DNA of 64,000 bases from Syntrophobacteraceae bacterium. Lineage in GTDB: Bacteria > Desulfobacterota > Syntrophobacteria > Syntrophobacterales > Syntrophobacteraceae. Location of the stretch: positions 924 to 64,923 of the forward strand of contig SLCH01000011.1 in NCBI GenBank assembly GCA_007125915.1, in the 5' to 3' direction. A program made the position numbers and the translations under genes. Positions within the stretch are counted from its first letter, which is position 1, and each line of letters begins with the position of its first letter. Below the pieces are notes generated by a model. That model saw only the letters and a program-made list of their open reading frames with translations. It was not told where the DNA came from and did no database searches. Of this stretch, positions 17,942 to 28,413 are shown one piece after another.

Positions 17942-20680
17942 ATGAAAGAAACGGGAGATATGCAATTGAAAGAGAAGTCCCGCCAGTTCAGGTACAAACG
18001 GGAAGACTTCGGGGATTTGCCCGTTAAATTGGAGCATCTCACCATTCATCTGAATTTTCAGGAAACCCGGGTGGATGGCACCAATTGTCTGGAAATGACC
18101 GCATTGGAACCCATGGACGAACTGGTGCTTGACGCCATGGACCTGGAGATACTTCAAGTGGAATGGATTTCTAATCCTGCAGGGGAATCTCCCTTGAGGG
18201 GGAAAGGTCTCCCCTTGAGCTTCAGTTATGACCCGGCCAATAATAAGCTCAGTGTGCAGTTGCCCCACCATGTGAGTGAAGGGGAACGCTTTTGCATCCG
18301 CACTCAAAGCCGCTGTTTTCCATCGGACCACCTTCTGGAGGGAATCTACAGGGACACAACGCCACCGGGGGCTCCACAGCAGTACATGTCCCAATGCCAG
18401 CAATGGGGGTTTCAAAGGATTCTGCCCATTTTGGACGACTGTCGCGCCAAGTGCACCATGACCACGACTCTGGAGGGTGACCGGGCATACACACACCTCA
18501 TCAGCAACGGCAATATTTCCAGAAAAACAAACCCTGAGGGCAAGCCCGCACCCAAGGCCCATGACCCCTCAAGGCAGGTCATCACCTACGAAAATCCGGT
18601 GCCCATGGCACCCTACCTGTTCATTGCCTGCGCAGGCACCTGGGAGGAGCTGACAGATCACGTGACCTATGAGTCGGGAAAGGGAGTGCGTCTGGAATAC
18701 CTCGTGCCTCCCGGTTCTGTGGATGGGGCGCGCATTCCCATGGAAATCTTGAAGGACTCGGTTCTTTGGGTGGCACGCACTCAGGACTATGAATACACGG
18801 GGGATACCTATCGTACCATCACCATGAACAAGTCCAATTTCGGCGGCATGGAAAACGTGGGGAACACGACCATTGTCACGGATGCGGCCCTTCTTGACGA
18901 GCACACATTGGATCAGTCCCTGCTCTACGCTCATGCGGTCATCGTCCACGAATTTGAACACAATCAATGCGGCAGTGAAACAACCATGGAGACGCCTTTT
19001 GACGTCTGGCTCAATGAGGCGTACACGGTGGATGTGGAGCGGCAGTATATGGCCAGCCGCTTCGATCCATCCTTCATTCGTCTTCAGCAGGTGGATTCCA
19101 TACGCAATCCGCTGCTGGGACCCCTGGCTCTGGAGGATGGGGGCCATGTGGGGCGCATTGTGCGTGAGGGATTCAATGATCCCGATGAGCTCATTGACGG
19201 GGTCACTTATGTGAAGGCGGCGGAAGTCATTGGCATGCTCCGTCTGGTGCTGGGGAACGACCATTTCAGGGCCGGAAAGCGCCTTTATTTCCAGCGATAC
19301 CATCATGGCAATGCCAATACGGAGCAATTCTTTCAATGTTTTGAAGAGGTTTCGGGCATATCTCTGGAGCAGTTTCGCCGCAGATGGCTTCACACCGTGG
19401 GATACCCCAAAGTCACCGCCCATGATCGCTACGATCCCCAGACCAAGGAATACCGAATGGTGTTCACACAGCACTTGAATGAGGGGCAGGAGCCCTTTCA
19501 CATTCCCCTGGCCATCGCCCTTGTGGACTCCCATGGAAAAGACATGGAAAACACCTGCAGGGTGATTCAGCTCCGAGAACAGGAAACGGAAGTCATTGTG
19601 GAAAACGTTGGCACTGCACCGGCCTTTCCCTCTCTCAACCGCGATTATTCTTTTTACGGAACTCTGCACCACAGGGGTGTCACGCAGGGGCAGCTGGCTC
19701 TTCAGACCCGCCTGGACCCCAATCGCTACAATCGAGTGAATGCCATGAGGCAACTCACGGACTTTGAGCGCGTGGGGTTGCTGGCCAACCATGAAAGAGC
19801 CGTGGACCCTCAATGGTTGACCCTTTACGGGGAGATACTGGAAGATGAGAGTTCATCGGACTCCCTGAAGGCCTTTTTTCTGCGAATAGACGAGCAGCCC
19901 TTGGACCGGGCCTACTGTGCCTGGTATCCCGAACTGGTGATGGCCCGGGAAAAGCTCATGAAGGCAGTGAACGGCATGTACCGGGATCGATTGCTTCAAA
20001 AGTTCGCGGAGCTCGACACCTACACACTGCCGGAGAACGCTTCACCCACTGTAGGCATCGAAGCACGCCTGCTGAAGCAGGTGCTTCTGGACCTGATTGT
20101 TGTGGACGATTCAGGGGAGAGCCATGACCTGATATTGAATCATCTTCGCAATGCCACCACAGCCAATGACCGCGTGTCCGCCTTGCTCGCCCTCAATCGA
20201 AGCAGCGCTCGTGAGCGCCGCTCGATCCTGGAGGAATACTACGCCCGATGGCACGGTCATTTGAGCGCATATGCCAACTATTTGAGGGTGATTTCCAGTG
20301 GCACGCAGGATGACGTGTTCCAGATGATCGAAGAAGAAAGTTCACGACCCACCTTTGACATCACCCAGCCCACCTGGTGCCGCGCACTTTATTTGCCCAT
20401 GGCTCTCAACAACAAAAAGCTGTGGACGGAGGAGGGCATACAATGGGTGGCCCATTCAGTGGTGAAGCTCGCTCCCATCAATGCCACCACTGCAAGCCGT
20501 CTTCTCAATAGTTTTCAGCAGGTGGCAGGACTCAGGGCAGACTTGAAGAAGCTTGTGGTGAACGCTCTGGATCATATCCTGACACAGGTGCCTTCACATG
20601 TGAGTCCCACCATTCACGGACAGGCGGAGGCCTATTTGAACCATGGCGAATCTGCTGTGAAGGGTGAAGCCCGCCCTTGA
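17942..20680 (+). CDS. pepN: aminopeptidase N (M1 family)
   Basis: GGMEN exopeptidase motif and HEFEH-X18-E zinc site. Confidence 0.85.
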   Translation: MKETGDMQLKEKSRQFRYKREDFGDLPVKLEHLTIHLNFQETRVDGTNCLEMTALEPMDELVLDAMDLEILQVEWISNPAGESPLRGKGLPLSFSYDPANNKLSVQLPHHVSEGERFCIRTQSRCFPSDHLLEGIYRDTTPPGAPQQYMSQCQQWGFQRILPILDDCRAKCTMTTTLEGDRAYTHLISNGNISRKTNPEGKPAPKAHDPSRQVITYENPVPMAPYLFIACAGTWEELTDHVTYESGKGVRLEYLVPPGSVDGARIPMEILKDSVLWVARTQDYEYTGDTYRTITMNKSNFGGMENVGNTTIVTDAALLDEHTLDQSLLYAHAVIVHEFEHNQCGSETTMETPFDVWLNEAYTVDVERQYMASRFDPSFIRLQQVDSIRNPLLGPLALEDGGHVGRIVREGFNDPDELIDGVTYVKAAEVIGMLRLVLGNDHFRAGKRLYFQRYHHGNANTEQFFQCFEEVSGISLEQFRRRWLHTVGYPKVTAHDRYDPQTKEYRMVFTQHLNEGQEPFHIPLAIALVDSHGKDMENTCRVIQLREQETEVIVENVGTAPAFPSLNRDYSFYGTLHHRGVTQGQLALQTRLDPNRYNRVNAMRQLTDFERVGLLANHERAVDPQWLTLYGEILEDESSSDSLKAFFLRIDEQPLDRAYCAWYPELVMAREKLMKAVNGMYRDRLLQKFAELDTYTLPENASPTVGIEARLLKQVLLDLIVVDDSGESHDLILNHLRNATTANDRVSALLALNRSSARERRSILEEYYARWHGHLSAYANYLRVISSGTQDDVFQMIEEESSRPTFDITQPTWCRALYLPMALNNKKLWTEEGIQWVAHSVVKLAPINATTASRLLNSFQQVAGLRADLKKLVVNALDHILTQVPSHVSPTIHGQAEAYLNHGESAVKGEARP

Positions 20681-20758
20681 AAGGGGGGGCGCGTGGAGTG
20701 AGGCCTGGTTGCGGAAATGATGGGGGCGGTGCGCAGGGAACCGGGGGAGAAGTTGCCG

Positions 20759-21028
20759 ATGGAAAATTTTTATTTGGGCGTTGCCTGTTTTTTGTTCCTG
20801 ACCATGTTCGTTGGTTTGGTCCGCGTCTTTCTTGGTCCTCAACAGGAGGACCGGCTGGTGGCCGTGCAGCTTTTCGGCACCACTGGCGTGGCCATTCTCC
20901 TTTTGCTCGCTCACGCTTTTGACGCCCCTTCCGTGCGGAACGCCGCGCTCCTCTTCACCCTTCTGGCTGTGCTCGCGGTGGTGGCTTTTGTGAGGACTCC
21001 CGAAAGTCTTGATGGAGAGAAAGAGTGA
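20759..21028 (+). CDS. mnhF: Mrp/Mnh antiporter subunit F
   Basis: RVFLGPQQEDRLVAVQLFGT matches the GPxxxDRxxAxxLxGT MrpF pattern. Three TM segments. Confidence 0.7.
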   Translation: MENFYLGVACFLFLTMFVGLVRVFLGPQQEDRLVAVQLFGTTGVAILLLLAHAFDAPSVRNAALLFTLLAVLAVVAFVRTPESLDGEKE

Positions 21029-21032
21029 CATC

Positions 21033-21305
21033 ATGCAAGTTTTAGCTGGAATGTTATGCCTCCTGGGGGCTTTCTTTTTCATGGCCGGCTCGGTCGGTGT
21101 GATTCGCTTTCCCGACTCCCTGAGCCGTATTCATGCTCTCACCAAGGCTGACAATCTGGGACTGGGTTTCATTGTTCTGGCCCTGGTGATCACCTCCCAG
21201 TCCGTGGCCGTGGGTTTGAAGCTGATTCTCATCTGGGTTCTGGCGCTGGTTGCCAGTTCCAGCATCTGCTTTTTCCTTGGCAGAAAATTGATTCGCGGGG
21301 GCTGA
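21033..21305 (+). CDS. mnhG: Mrp/Mnh antiporter subunit G
   Basis: GSVGVIRFPDSLSRIHALTKADNLG is the MnhG signature. Confidence 0.75.
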   Translation: MQVLAGMLCLLGAFFFMAGSVGVIRFPDSLSRIHALTKADNLGLGFIVLALVITSQSVAVGLKLILIWVLALVASSSICFFLGRKLIRGG

Positions 21306-21315
21306 GGGGAACTCC

Positions 21316-22305
21316 ATGAACCTGATTCTCCTGTTCGATGTTTTCCTCATAGCAGCCCTGCTGCTGGTGAGCTGGAGATTGCTCGGGGCTTCTGACCTCT
21401 TTCAGGCCACGGTGTTGTTCATCTCTTTTGGGCTTTTCCTCTCTCTGGCCTGGATCAGGCTTGGGGCTCCAGACATCGCCCTGGCCGAGGCGGCGGTGGG
21501 CGCGGGTTTGGCAGGGGTCCTTCTTTTCGGCACATTCAAAGGCCTTGAACCGGGAGCAGATCGTGAGAATGATTCTTTTACCTCTGAACCATGCAGGCTG
21601 GACCCCATTTCCCCGTGTCCAGGAAAAATACACCTCCTCCTTGCCTTCACATGCGTTGGGAGCCTGACGACGCTTCTCGTGCTCGCAGTTCTGGATCTGC
21701 CCGCCACTGGAGACGGGTTGACCCCGATGGTATCCCAGTTTCTTGAGAGAAGTGGTGTGGAGCATCCCGTCACGGCAGTGCTGCTCAACTTCCGATTTTA
21801 TGACACATGGCTGGAACTGGGAGTGCTGGTGGCGGCCGTTTTGGGCATCCTCTGTGTACGGAACCGTTTTGACCTGAGAGAGCTCAAAGTCCTGCAGGCT
21901 CCTGATGTCATGCTCAGGAGGCTTGTCATGGGGCTGGCACCGACCATGGCCCTGGTGGTGGTCTACCTTTTATGGCTGGGAGATCATGCGCCGGGGGGCG
22001 CCTTTCAGGCGGGTGTCGTTCTGGCGGCCATGCTGGTTTTGCTCTGGTTCTCGGGCCACGCATCCATCACGGGTCTGTCCCGCATGCTCTGGCTGTTTTG
22101 CCTCATTGCGGGCTTCGCCGTGATGTTGCTGGTGGCCGTGGTGAGCGCCCTGTGGCCCGAAATGAGGCCCCTGGAATTTCCTGAAGAGTGGTCCGCAATG
22201 ATCATACTGGGTGTGGAAGTGGTTGCAACCCTGTCCATCGGTGTTGCTCTATCCTCCCTGGCCATACTGTCGTTGGGTGCAGTGGATGACCCGGGAGGCA
22301 GCTGA
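21316..22305 (+). CDS. mnhB: fused MrpA-C-terminal (DUF4040-like) + MrpB subunit
   Basis: N-terminal MbhD/DUF4040-like TM pair, then HPVTAVLLNFRFYDTWLELGVL (MnhB motif NxVTAILxDYRxxDT). Confidence 0.65.
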   Translation: MNLILLFDVFLIAALLLVSWRLLGASDLFQATVLFISFGLFLSLAWIRLGAPDIALAEAAVGAGLAGVLLFGTFKGLEPGADRENDSFTSEPCRLDPISPCPGKIHLLLAFTCVGSLTTLLVLAVLDLPATGDGLTPMVSQFLERSGVEHPVTAVLLNFRFYDTWLELGVLVAAVLGILCVRNRFDLRELKVLQAPDVMLRRLVMGLAPTMALVVVYLLWLGDHAPGGAFQAGVVLAAMLVLLWFSGHASITGLSRMLWLFCLIAGFAVMLLVAVVSALWPEMRPLEFPEEWSAMIILGVEVVATLSIGVALSSLAILSLGAVDDPGGS

Positions 22306-22324
22306 GATCGATCTTTCATTTGCA

Positions 22325-22645
22325 ATGTCCACGTTTTCCATCTACTCCCTTGCCGCCATTCTCCTGGTGGGTTTGGGCGTCTACGGGCTTTTCACCCGGC
22401 AACACCTGCTGCGCAAGGTTATGGCTCTCAATGTCATTGCGGGAGGAATTTTTCTTCTACTGATCAGCACCGCATATCGAAATCAGGATCTCTTCCCGGA
22501 TCCTGTTCCCCAGGCCATGGTTCTAACGGGAATCGTAGTGGCCATAAGCGCCACGGGTTTTGCCCTGGCGTTGGTGCGAAGCATCCATCGAAGGATGGCA
22601 GAGTCTGAAACCGATCCTTCCCAGGATAGCTGGGACCAACCATGA
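22325..22645 (+). CDS. mnhC: Mrp/Mnh subunit C (NuoK-like)
   Basis: Small subunit with three predicted TM segments. LNVIAGGIFLLL...VLTGIVVA pattern. Confidence 0.7.
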   Translation: MSTFSIYSLAAILLVGLGVYGLFTRQHLLRKVMALNVIAGGIFLLLISTAYRNQDLFPDPVPQAMVLTGIVVAISATGFALALVRSIHRRMAESETDPSQDSWDQP

Positions 22646-24141
22646 ACCAAGTGATCTGGGTGGTGCTTCTTCCCTTTGTGGGCAGTGTGGTCTGCCTTTT
22701 GGCCCACAGGAAGGCTGTTTTTGCACTGGGAATGGCCGCATCTCTGGGGACTTTGATCGTCTCCGTGGGGCTGGTGGCCCACGTCTGGGAGCATGCCAGT
22801 GCCCGTGTGGAATTGGGTGGATGGGCCACGCCCCTCGGCATAGCCCTTCATCTGGATGGACTCTCGGCTCTATTTCTCCTCCTCACAGCCGTGGTTGGGG
22901 TTTTGGTGGGCATTCAGGCGGGTAGCTATTTTGCTCAGTCCCCTGAACTGCGCGCAATGGGATCCCGCTTTTGGCCTTTGTGGCTGCTCCTCTGGGGCGG
23001 CCTGAACGGGGTCTACCTGTGTTCGGATGTATTCAATGCCTATGTTTTGCTGGAGATTTCAACCCTTGCTGCAGTGGGGCTCACCATTCTATCGGGAAGC
23101 ACCGCCTCTCTGGTTGCGGGACTTCGTTATCTCCTGGCGGCCATGTTCGGCTCATTCATGTATCTCCTGGGAGTGGCTCTGATCTATGCCGGTACGGGTC
23201 AACTGGATTTTCTGCTCCTGAGCCGAGGCGTGACCCCACAAGTGCATACCCTGACCGCATTTGGCCTGATGGTGTTTGGTTTACTCATCAAGTCCGCCCT
23301 CCTGCCTTTCCACTTTTGGCTTCCACCGGCCCATTCCAGTGCACCGGCTCCGGTCAGCGCCGTTTTGTCGGCTCTCGTGGTCAAGGCCTCTTTCTTTTTG
23401 CTCCTCAAAATATGGTTCGTGGTCTTTGAATCCATTTCTGGAGGAACCCCGGGAGGAATGCCAAGTCAACTGCTTGGCATTCTGGGATCTCTGGCGGTCT
23501 TTTGGGGATCATTTCAGGCGGTGCGCCAGTCGAGACTCAAGTTGCTCATAGCCTACTCCACCGTGGGCCAGCTGGGTTACCTCTTTTTGATTTTCCCTAT
23601 TCTGGCCAGTCCTGATTTTCAAGGGCACGAGGCTCTGGCCTGGGGGGGCACCATTTTCCATCTCTTTTCTCATGGTCTTGCCAAGGCCTCACTCTTTCTC
23701 GCGGCGGGGTGTCTGCTGCAAGCCATGGGCACCGATGACCTCCATGCCATGCGCGACATTGCAGGGCGCTTGCCAGTGATCACTTTCAGCCTGGGTGTGG
23801 CTGGTGTGAGCCTGATGGGGCTGCCTCCCAGTGCAGGATTTGTGGCCAAGTGGATGCTGCTGCGTGCGGTGCTGGCCAGCGGGCAGTGGTGGTGGGCCCC
23901 GGTGATCGTCCTGGGCGGACTGCTCACAGCCGCTTATGTTTTCAAAATTCTCGCTCATACCTTTGTGCCTTCAGAGGGAGAGGCCCTTCGTCTCAACTCG
24001 GTCCCCCTGGTCATGACCCTTGTGCCCCTTGCATTGGCCATCCTTTGCGTTCTGATGGGTTTCAGAGCTGACGAGGTGATTGCGCTGCTTCCTGCTGTCC
24101 CCCATTTCGGCACGGGCAAAAACGGTTGGGAGATGCCGTGA
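22642..24141 (+). CDS. mnhD: antiporter-like large subunit 1 (MrpD/NuoN family)
   Basis: Proton_antipo_M-type pattern (FHFWLPPAHSSAPAPVSAVLSALVVK). ATGA overlap with subunit C. Confidence 0.75.
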   Translation: MNQVIWVVLLPFVGSVVCLLAHRKAVFALGMAASLGTLIVSVGLVAHVWEHASARVELGGWATPLGIALHLDGLSALFLLLTAVVGVLVGIQAGSYFAQSPELRAMGSRFWPLWLLLWGGLNGVYLCSDVFNAYVLLEISTLAAVGLTILSGSTASLVAGLRYLLAAMFGSFMYLLGVALIYAGTGQLDFLLLSRGVTPQVHTLTAFGLMVFGLLIKSALLPFHFWLPPAHSSAPAPVSAVLSALVVKASFFLLLKIWFVVFESISGGTPGGMPSQLLGILGSLAVFWGSFQAVRQSRLKLLIAYSTVGQLGYLFLIFPILASPDFQGHEALAWGGTIFHLFSHGLAKASLFLAAGCLLQAMGTDDLHAMRDIAGRLPVITFSLGVAGVSLMGLPPSAGFVAKWMLLRAVLASGQWWWAPVIVLGGLLTAAYVFKILAHTFVPSEGEALRLNSVPLVMTLVPLALAILCVLMGFRADEVIALLPAVPHFGTGKNGWEMP

Positions 24142-24143
24142 CC

Positions 24144-25658
24144 ATGACCTTTTGGCTGCCCCTCATTGTCTTGTTCAGTTCTCTGGTCACGGGACTGGTC
24201 ATCTTTATGCTTCCGGAAGAGCGTTCCAGGCTCCGCACCACCTTGAACATGTTGGGAGCTTCTGTGAAGGTTGCCGGCGTGTTTCTGATGGCCTGGGGCC
24301 TTCTGGCTCATGATGTTGTCTATGAAGTGCGGTTCACCATGGGTTTTGGTTTCGACTTTCTCCTCAAGGTGGATCTGCTTTCCCTGGCCTTCGTTTCACT
24401 CTCCAGTAACCTCTGGTTTTTGACCACCCTCTATGCCGTGGGCTACCTTGAAGGCTCTCCCAACCGAAGCCGTTTTTTTGGATTTTTCAGTCTCTGTGTG
24501 ACTGCTTCCACGGGTGTGGCTCTTGCCGGCAATCTGATCACTTTTTTTATCTTCTACGAATTTCTGACTCTTGTCACTTATCCCCTGGTGGTCCACAGGG
24601 GAACCCCCAAAGCCCTCGAAGCCGGCCGCACATACCTGTGGCATGCGGTGACGGCAGGTGCCGTGCTCTTTTTAGCCGTTGTTTGGCTGCAGGTGCTGAG
24701 CGGACCTTTCGATTTTGTTCCCGGGGGAGCGCTTCACGCGGTGGAAAACCTTTCCGGGACGGACCTGAAGGTGATCTTTGCTTTGCTGATCATCGGTCTT
24801 GGCGTCAAGTCGGCACTGGTGCCCCTCCACGGATGGCTGCCCACGGCCATGATCGCCCCGGCACCCGTCACCGCTCTGCTGCATGCAGTGGCTGTCGTCA
24901 AGGCCGGAGCTTTCGGTGTCATGCGGGTGATCTTTGATGTTTATGGCAAAGATTTCGCCGCCGACCTGGGGCTTCTCAGCCCCCTGGCCCTGGTGGTCGT
25001 GGTGACGATCCTTTTTGGCTCTGTGCGGGCTTTGATGCAAAGGGAACTGAAGCGGCGACTGGCCTATTCCACCGTGAGCCAGATCTCCTACATTGTTCTC
25101 GGAGCTGTCGTCCTGGGTCCTCTCGCCACAGTGGGAGGCCTGGTTCACCTGGTGCACCAGGGAATCATGAAAATCACCTTGTTTTTTTGTGCGGGCATTT
25201 TGTCGGAATTCCTGGGAATTTATCGCATTGACCAAATGGATGGAGTAGGACGCAAAATGCCCGTCACCATGGCTCTCTTTTCCATCGCCGCACTGGGAAT
25301 GATCGGTGTTCCCCCCGTGGCAGGCTTTGTGAGCAAGTGGCACCTGGCACAGGGAGGAATTCAGGGAGGACAGGAGTGGGTGGTGGCGGTGCTTGTGGTG
25401 AGCAGCCTTCTCAACGCCGCTTATTTCTTACCCATTTTGCATGCCTGCTGGTTCAAACCCGCGGCGATGGACTTTGAAGGCACAAACACGCAAAGGGGCA
25501 CATTTTCAAAATGGTGGGAGGCTCCCTGGACCTTGATGCTGCCCACTCTTGCAACGGCTCTTTTTTCTTTGGCTGCGGGGGTCTTTGCCGGTTGGGAATG
25601 GAGTCCTCTGGGTGTGGCTGAAAAAATAGCCAGGGGACGTGATGGAGGTCTTCCATGA
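24144..25658 (+). CDS. mnhD: antiporter-like large subunit 2 (MrpD/NuoM family)
   Basis: LHGWLPTAMIAPAPVTALLHAVAVVKAG. The start could be TTG 24126. Confidence 0.75.
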   Translation: MTFWLPLIVLFSSLVTGLVIFMLPEERSRLRTTLNMLGASVKVAGVFLMAWGLLAHDVVYEVRFTMGFGFDFLLKVDLLSLAFVSLSSNLWFLTTLYAVGYLEGSPNRSRFFGFFSLCVTASTGVALAGNLITFFIFYEFLTLVTYPLVVHRGTPKALEAGRTYLWHAVTAGAVLFLAVVWLQVLSGPFDFVPGGALHAVENLSGTDLKVIFALLIIGLGVKSALVPLHGWLPTAMIAPAPVTALLHAVAVVKAGAFGVMRVIFDVYGKDFAADLGLLSPLALVVVVTILFGSVRALMQRELKRRLAYSTVSQISYIVLGAVVLGPLATVGGLVHLVHQGIMKITLFFCAGILSEFLGIYRIDQMDGVGRKMPVTMALFSIAALGMIGVPPVAGFVSKWHLAQGGIQGGQEWVVAVLVVSSLLNAAYFLPILHACWFKPAAMDFEGTNTQRGTFSKWWEAPWTLMLPTLATALFSLAAGVFAGWEWSPLGVAEKIARGRDGGLP

Positions 25659-27394
25659 TCTGGATCCTCGCCGTTTTTTCACCTCTATTGTTGCTGCCTC
25701 CCATGGTTTTCCCTCCTTTCCGGGGGATCGTCTTTCGATACGGTTTGTGGCTCGCCCCAGCACCCGCCCTTGCTTTGGCCCTTGGAGGAAGTGATGTGGC
25801 GCCTGGTCTTTTTCCGTCTCTTTTTCTGGAAACGTCGCTCCACTTTGGTTCCTTCGGGCGGGCTTTTCTGCTGATCACCACGCTCCTCTGGATGGCAGCG
25901 GGAATGTACGCAAGCTCTTACCTTGCCACAAATCCTGCGAAGAGCCGCTTTTCCCTTTTTTTTCTGCTGACCTTATGTGGAAATTTGGGGCTCACCGTGG
26001 CCCAGGACTTGGCATCCTTTTACACGTTTTTTGCCCTCATGAGCTTTGCCGCCTACGGGTTGGTCATCCATGAGGGGACACCTCGTGCACTTCGAGCGGG
26101 CAGAGTTTATCTGACCATGACCCTTTTCGGGGAGGTCATGCTTGCCTCGGCCTTCTTCTATGGGGGACTTGCGGGAGGGGGGCTCACCTTCCAGGCAATG
26201 GCGCCCCTTCTGCCGGCACATGACCAGGGAACGCTCATCCTTGCGCTGGCTTTTGCCGGCTTTGGGATCAAGGCCGGAGTGATCGTTTTCCACCTGTGGC
26301 TCCCCCTGGCCCACCCCGCGGCACCCATTCCTGCCAGCGCTGTCCTCAGTGGAGCCATGATCAAGGCAGGGCTGCTGGGGTGGCTGCAGTTTTTCTCTGT
26401 GGACAGCGTTGCGGATTTTTGGGGAATTCTTTTTGCCTGCCTGGGTCTCTCAGGAGCCCTTTACGGAGTGGTTTCGGGTCTGCATCAGCGTGACCCCAAA
26501 ACGATTCTGGCTTATTCCAGCGTGAGTCAGATGGGTTTGATGACAATGACACTGGGCTTTGCCCTTATGTCCGGCGTTTCTGCAAGGGAAGAAATCATGA
26601 CGGGTCTCATGGTGTTTGCCCTGGTGCACGGCTTGGCCAAAGGAGCCCTCTTTCTCGGCATCGGAATATCCCTTGCCACAGAGCGCCGCTCCCTTTCGGG
26701 CAGAGTTGTCCTGGCCGGCCTGATCTTTCCTTCTTTGGTTCTGGCAGGATTGCCCTTCACAGCAGGAGCCGCGGTCAAGGGTGTCATGAAGGGGGGCGTT
26801 GCACATCTGCCCGAGGTTTGGAGTGGATTTTTTTCTGTGATGCTCTCTTTCAGTGCAATGGGCACCACCCTCCTTTTATCTGCCTTTGTGTGGCGGGTTT
26901 TTGCGGCAATGCCCCACGAAAGAGAAAAAGGCGGTGCATGGGGAATGATGGTTGCCTGGGCAGGATTGCTCGGCCTCCTGTGGGGGGTGTTTCCGATGGT
27001 GCAGGGATGGCTTCCGGTGGCTCAGATCCCTTTTGAAGGAGGCCTGCAAAGAATTTGGGAGGGGATCTGGCCCATCGGTCTGGGTGTTTTCCTGGCTTGC
27101 CTGTTTTTCAAATCATCTTTTGCCTCCAGAGAATGGAAAGGTCTCGATGGTTTTTTCCTGGAAACACTGGAACAGGCTTTACGATCTCTGGAGCGGCGAT
27201 GGCGGGCCAGCCCCCTCTGCGATCCTTCTTATGGCCGCGTTGATCTGGTGGCCTGGACGGATCGCCTCCTCCAGAACCCCATACTGCGTACGAGTCCAGA
27301 CAAAGTAGAGCAGCGATTGATGCACTGGCACACCGTCGGAGTGCTCCTTGTTTTTTTGCTTTTGGGGTTTATTCTGTTGACCTGGGCGGGATAG
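25655..27394 (+). CDS. antiporter-like large subunit 3 (MrpA N-terminal/NuoL-like)
   Basis: FHLWLPLAHPAAPIPASAVLSGAMIKAG. 579 aa. ATGA overlap with the preceding gene. Confidence 0.7.
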   Translation: MIWILAVFSPLLLLPPMVFPPFRGIVFRYGLWLAPAPALALALGGSDVAPGLFPSLFLETSLHFGSFGRAFLLITTLLWMAAGMYASSYLATNPAKSRFSLFFLLTLCGNLGLTVAQDLASFYTFFALMSFAAYGLVIHEGTPRALRAGRVYLTMTLFGEVMLASAFFYGGLAGGGLTFQAMAPLLPAHDQGTLILALAFAGFGIKAGVIVFHLWLPLAHPAAPIPASAVLSGAMIKAGLLGWLQFFSVDSVADFWGILFACLGLSGALYGVVSGLHQRDPKTILAYSSVSQMGLMTMTLGFALMSGVSAREEIMTGLMVFALVHGLAKGALFLGIGISLATERRSLSGRVVLAGLIFPSLVLAGLPFTAGAAVKGVMKGGVAHLPEVWSGFFSVMLSFSAMGTTLLLSAFVWRVFAAMPHEREKGGAWGMMVAWAGLLGLLWGVFPMVQGWLPVAQIPFEGGLQRIWEGIWPIGLGVFLACLFFKSSFASREWKGLDGFFLETLEQALRSLERRWRASPLCDPSYGRVDLVAWTDRLLQNPILRTSPDKVEQRLMHWHTVGVLLVFLLLGFILLTWAG

Positions 27395-27405
27395 CTCCCG
27401 GATCA

Positions 27406-27927
27406 GTGAGGAGTCTTGTGATCGCTGAAAAAAGAAAAACATTTTATGGATGGAAGAGCGCTTTGGCTGTAAGGATCGTATCAAGAGTACTCTTCCTGAG
27501 TCTCTTGTGGTGGATACTGACCGAGAAAGGTTTTCACCTTTCCCTTTTGGGAATTGTTGGGGTTGCATCGGGCGCAACTCTCAGTTTCTATCTGGCACCC
27601 TCACCCGTTTGGAACTGGAAAGTCCTTCCATGGCTGCGTTTCTTTCTGTTTTTTTCATGGCAGTCTTTTCTCGGCGGAATGGACGTGGCCCAGAGGGCCC
27701 TTCGAGCAGGGCCAGCGGTGCAACCCATGGTGGTCCGTTACCTTCTTGGGGTGCGAGGGGAAGAATCGAGGGTCTTTTTCCTGCTGGTGGTCAGCCTCCT
27801 TCCCGGGACTGCAGCCGTGGATCTGCGCGATGGGGTGGCGTTGATTCACGTGCTGGACAAAAGTCTCCTCCGGGAAGACCTTCTCAAAGACCTTGAGAAC
27901 AGGATCGCCCCGTTGTTTGTTCCCTGA
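27406..27927 (+). CDS. mnhE: Mrp/Mnh subunit E
   Basis: LFLSLLWWILTE... and SWQSFLGGMDVAQRAL resemble the MnhE family. GTG start is uncertain. Confidence 0.6.
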   Translation: MRSLVIAEKRKTFYGWKSALAVRIVSRVLFLSLLWWILTEKGFHLSLLGIVGVASGATLSFYLAPSPVWNWKVLPWLRFFLFFSWQSFLGGMDVAQRALRAGPAVQPMVVRYLLGVRGEESRVFFLLVVSLLPGTAAVDLRDGVALIHVLDKSLLREDLLKDLENRIAPLFVP

Positions 27928-28413
27928 GTCCGAAAAGCGGGCCTTCAAGCTGCGGGTGCGCGCAGGGATCTTTCACAGCCAGGTTTTTCATTTTGGGGTT
28001 TTCCTTGATGTCGCCATGGTGTGTTCTTGCTGTCCTGGTGACAAGGAGTGTGGCATATTTTCTGCTCGACCTTTTTCTCGGTTGCGTTCCTGGACACTTC
28101 GCATTCTCAACGTCCCGGGCTGTGCCCAAGTGTGTTTCACAGTTCTTGAAAAAGGGATATTGAGGGGATCGGATCAGGTTTCGGGCACTGGTCTCCATTT
28201 CCAAAAGCGGCAACCGTCTATCAACCCGTCCAAATCCAAAGGTCCTTTCACGTGTCTTCATTTGTGTGGTGTAAAAAGGAGGAAAGACGCATACCGTTCT
28301 TCAGATGTCGTCTTTGCTTGGACGGGTGTCATGAAGCGAGGAGAGAGGAGCAGGAGGACGAAGGGATTATTCAGTCCTTGATTGTTTCAGGTAAGCTGAA
28401 GGAGCGTTTTGTG

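Noticed and set aside
27884-28261. 125-aa minus-strand ORF, and the 27893..28381 plus-strand ORF, in the 480-bp gap after mrpE.
   Set aside because: The first overlaps the mrpE 3' end. Both are highly basic or low-complexity, with no RBS or motif. The gap is left unannotated.
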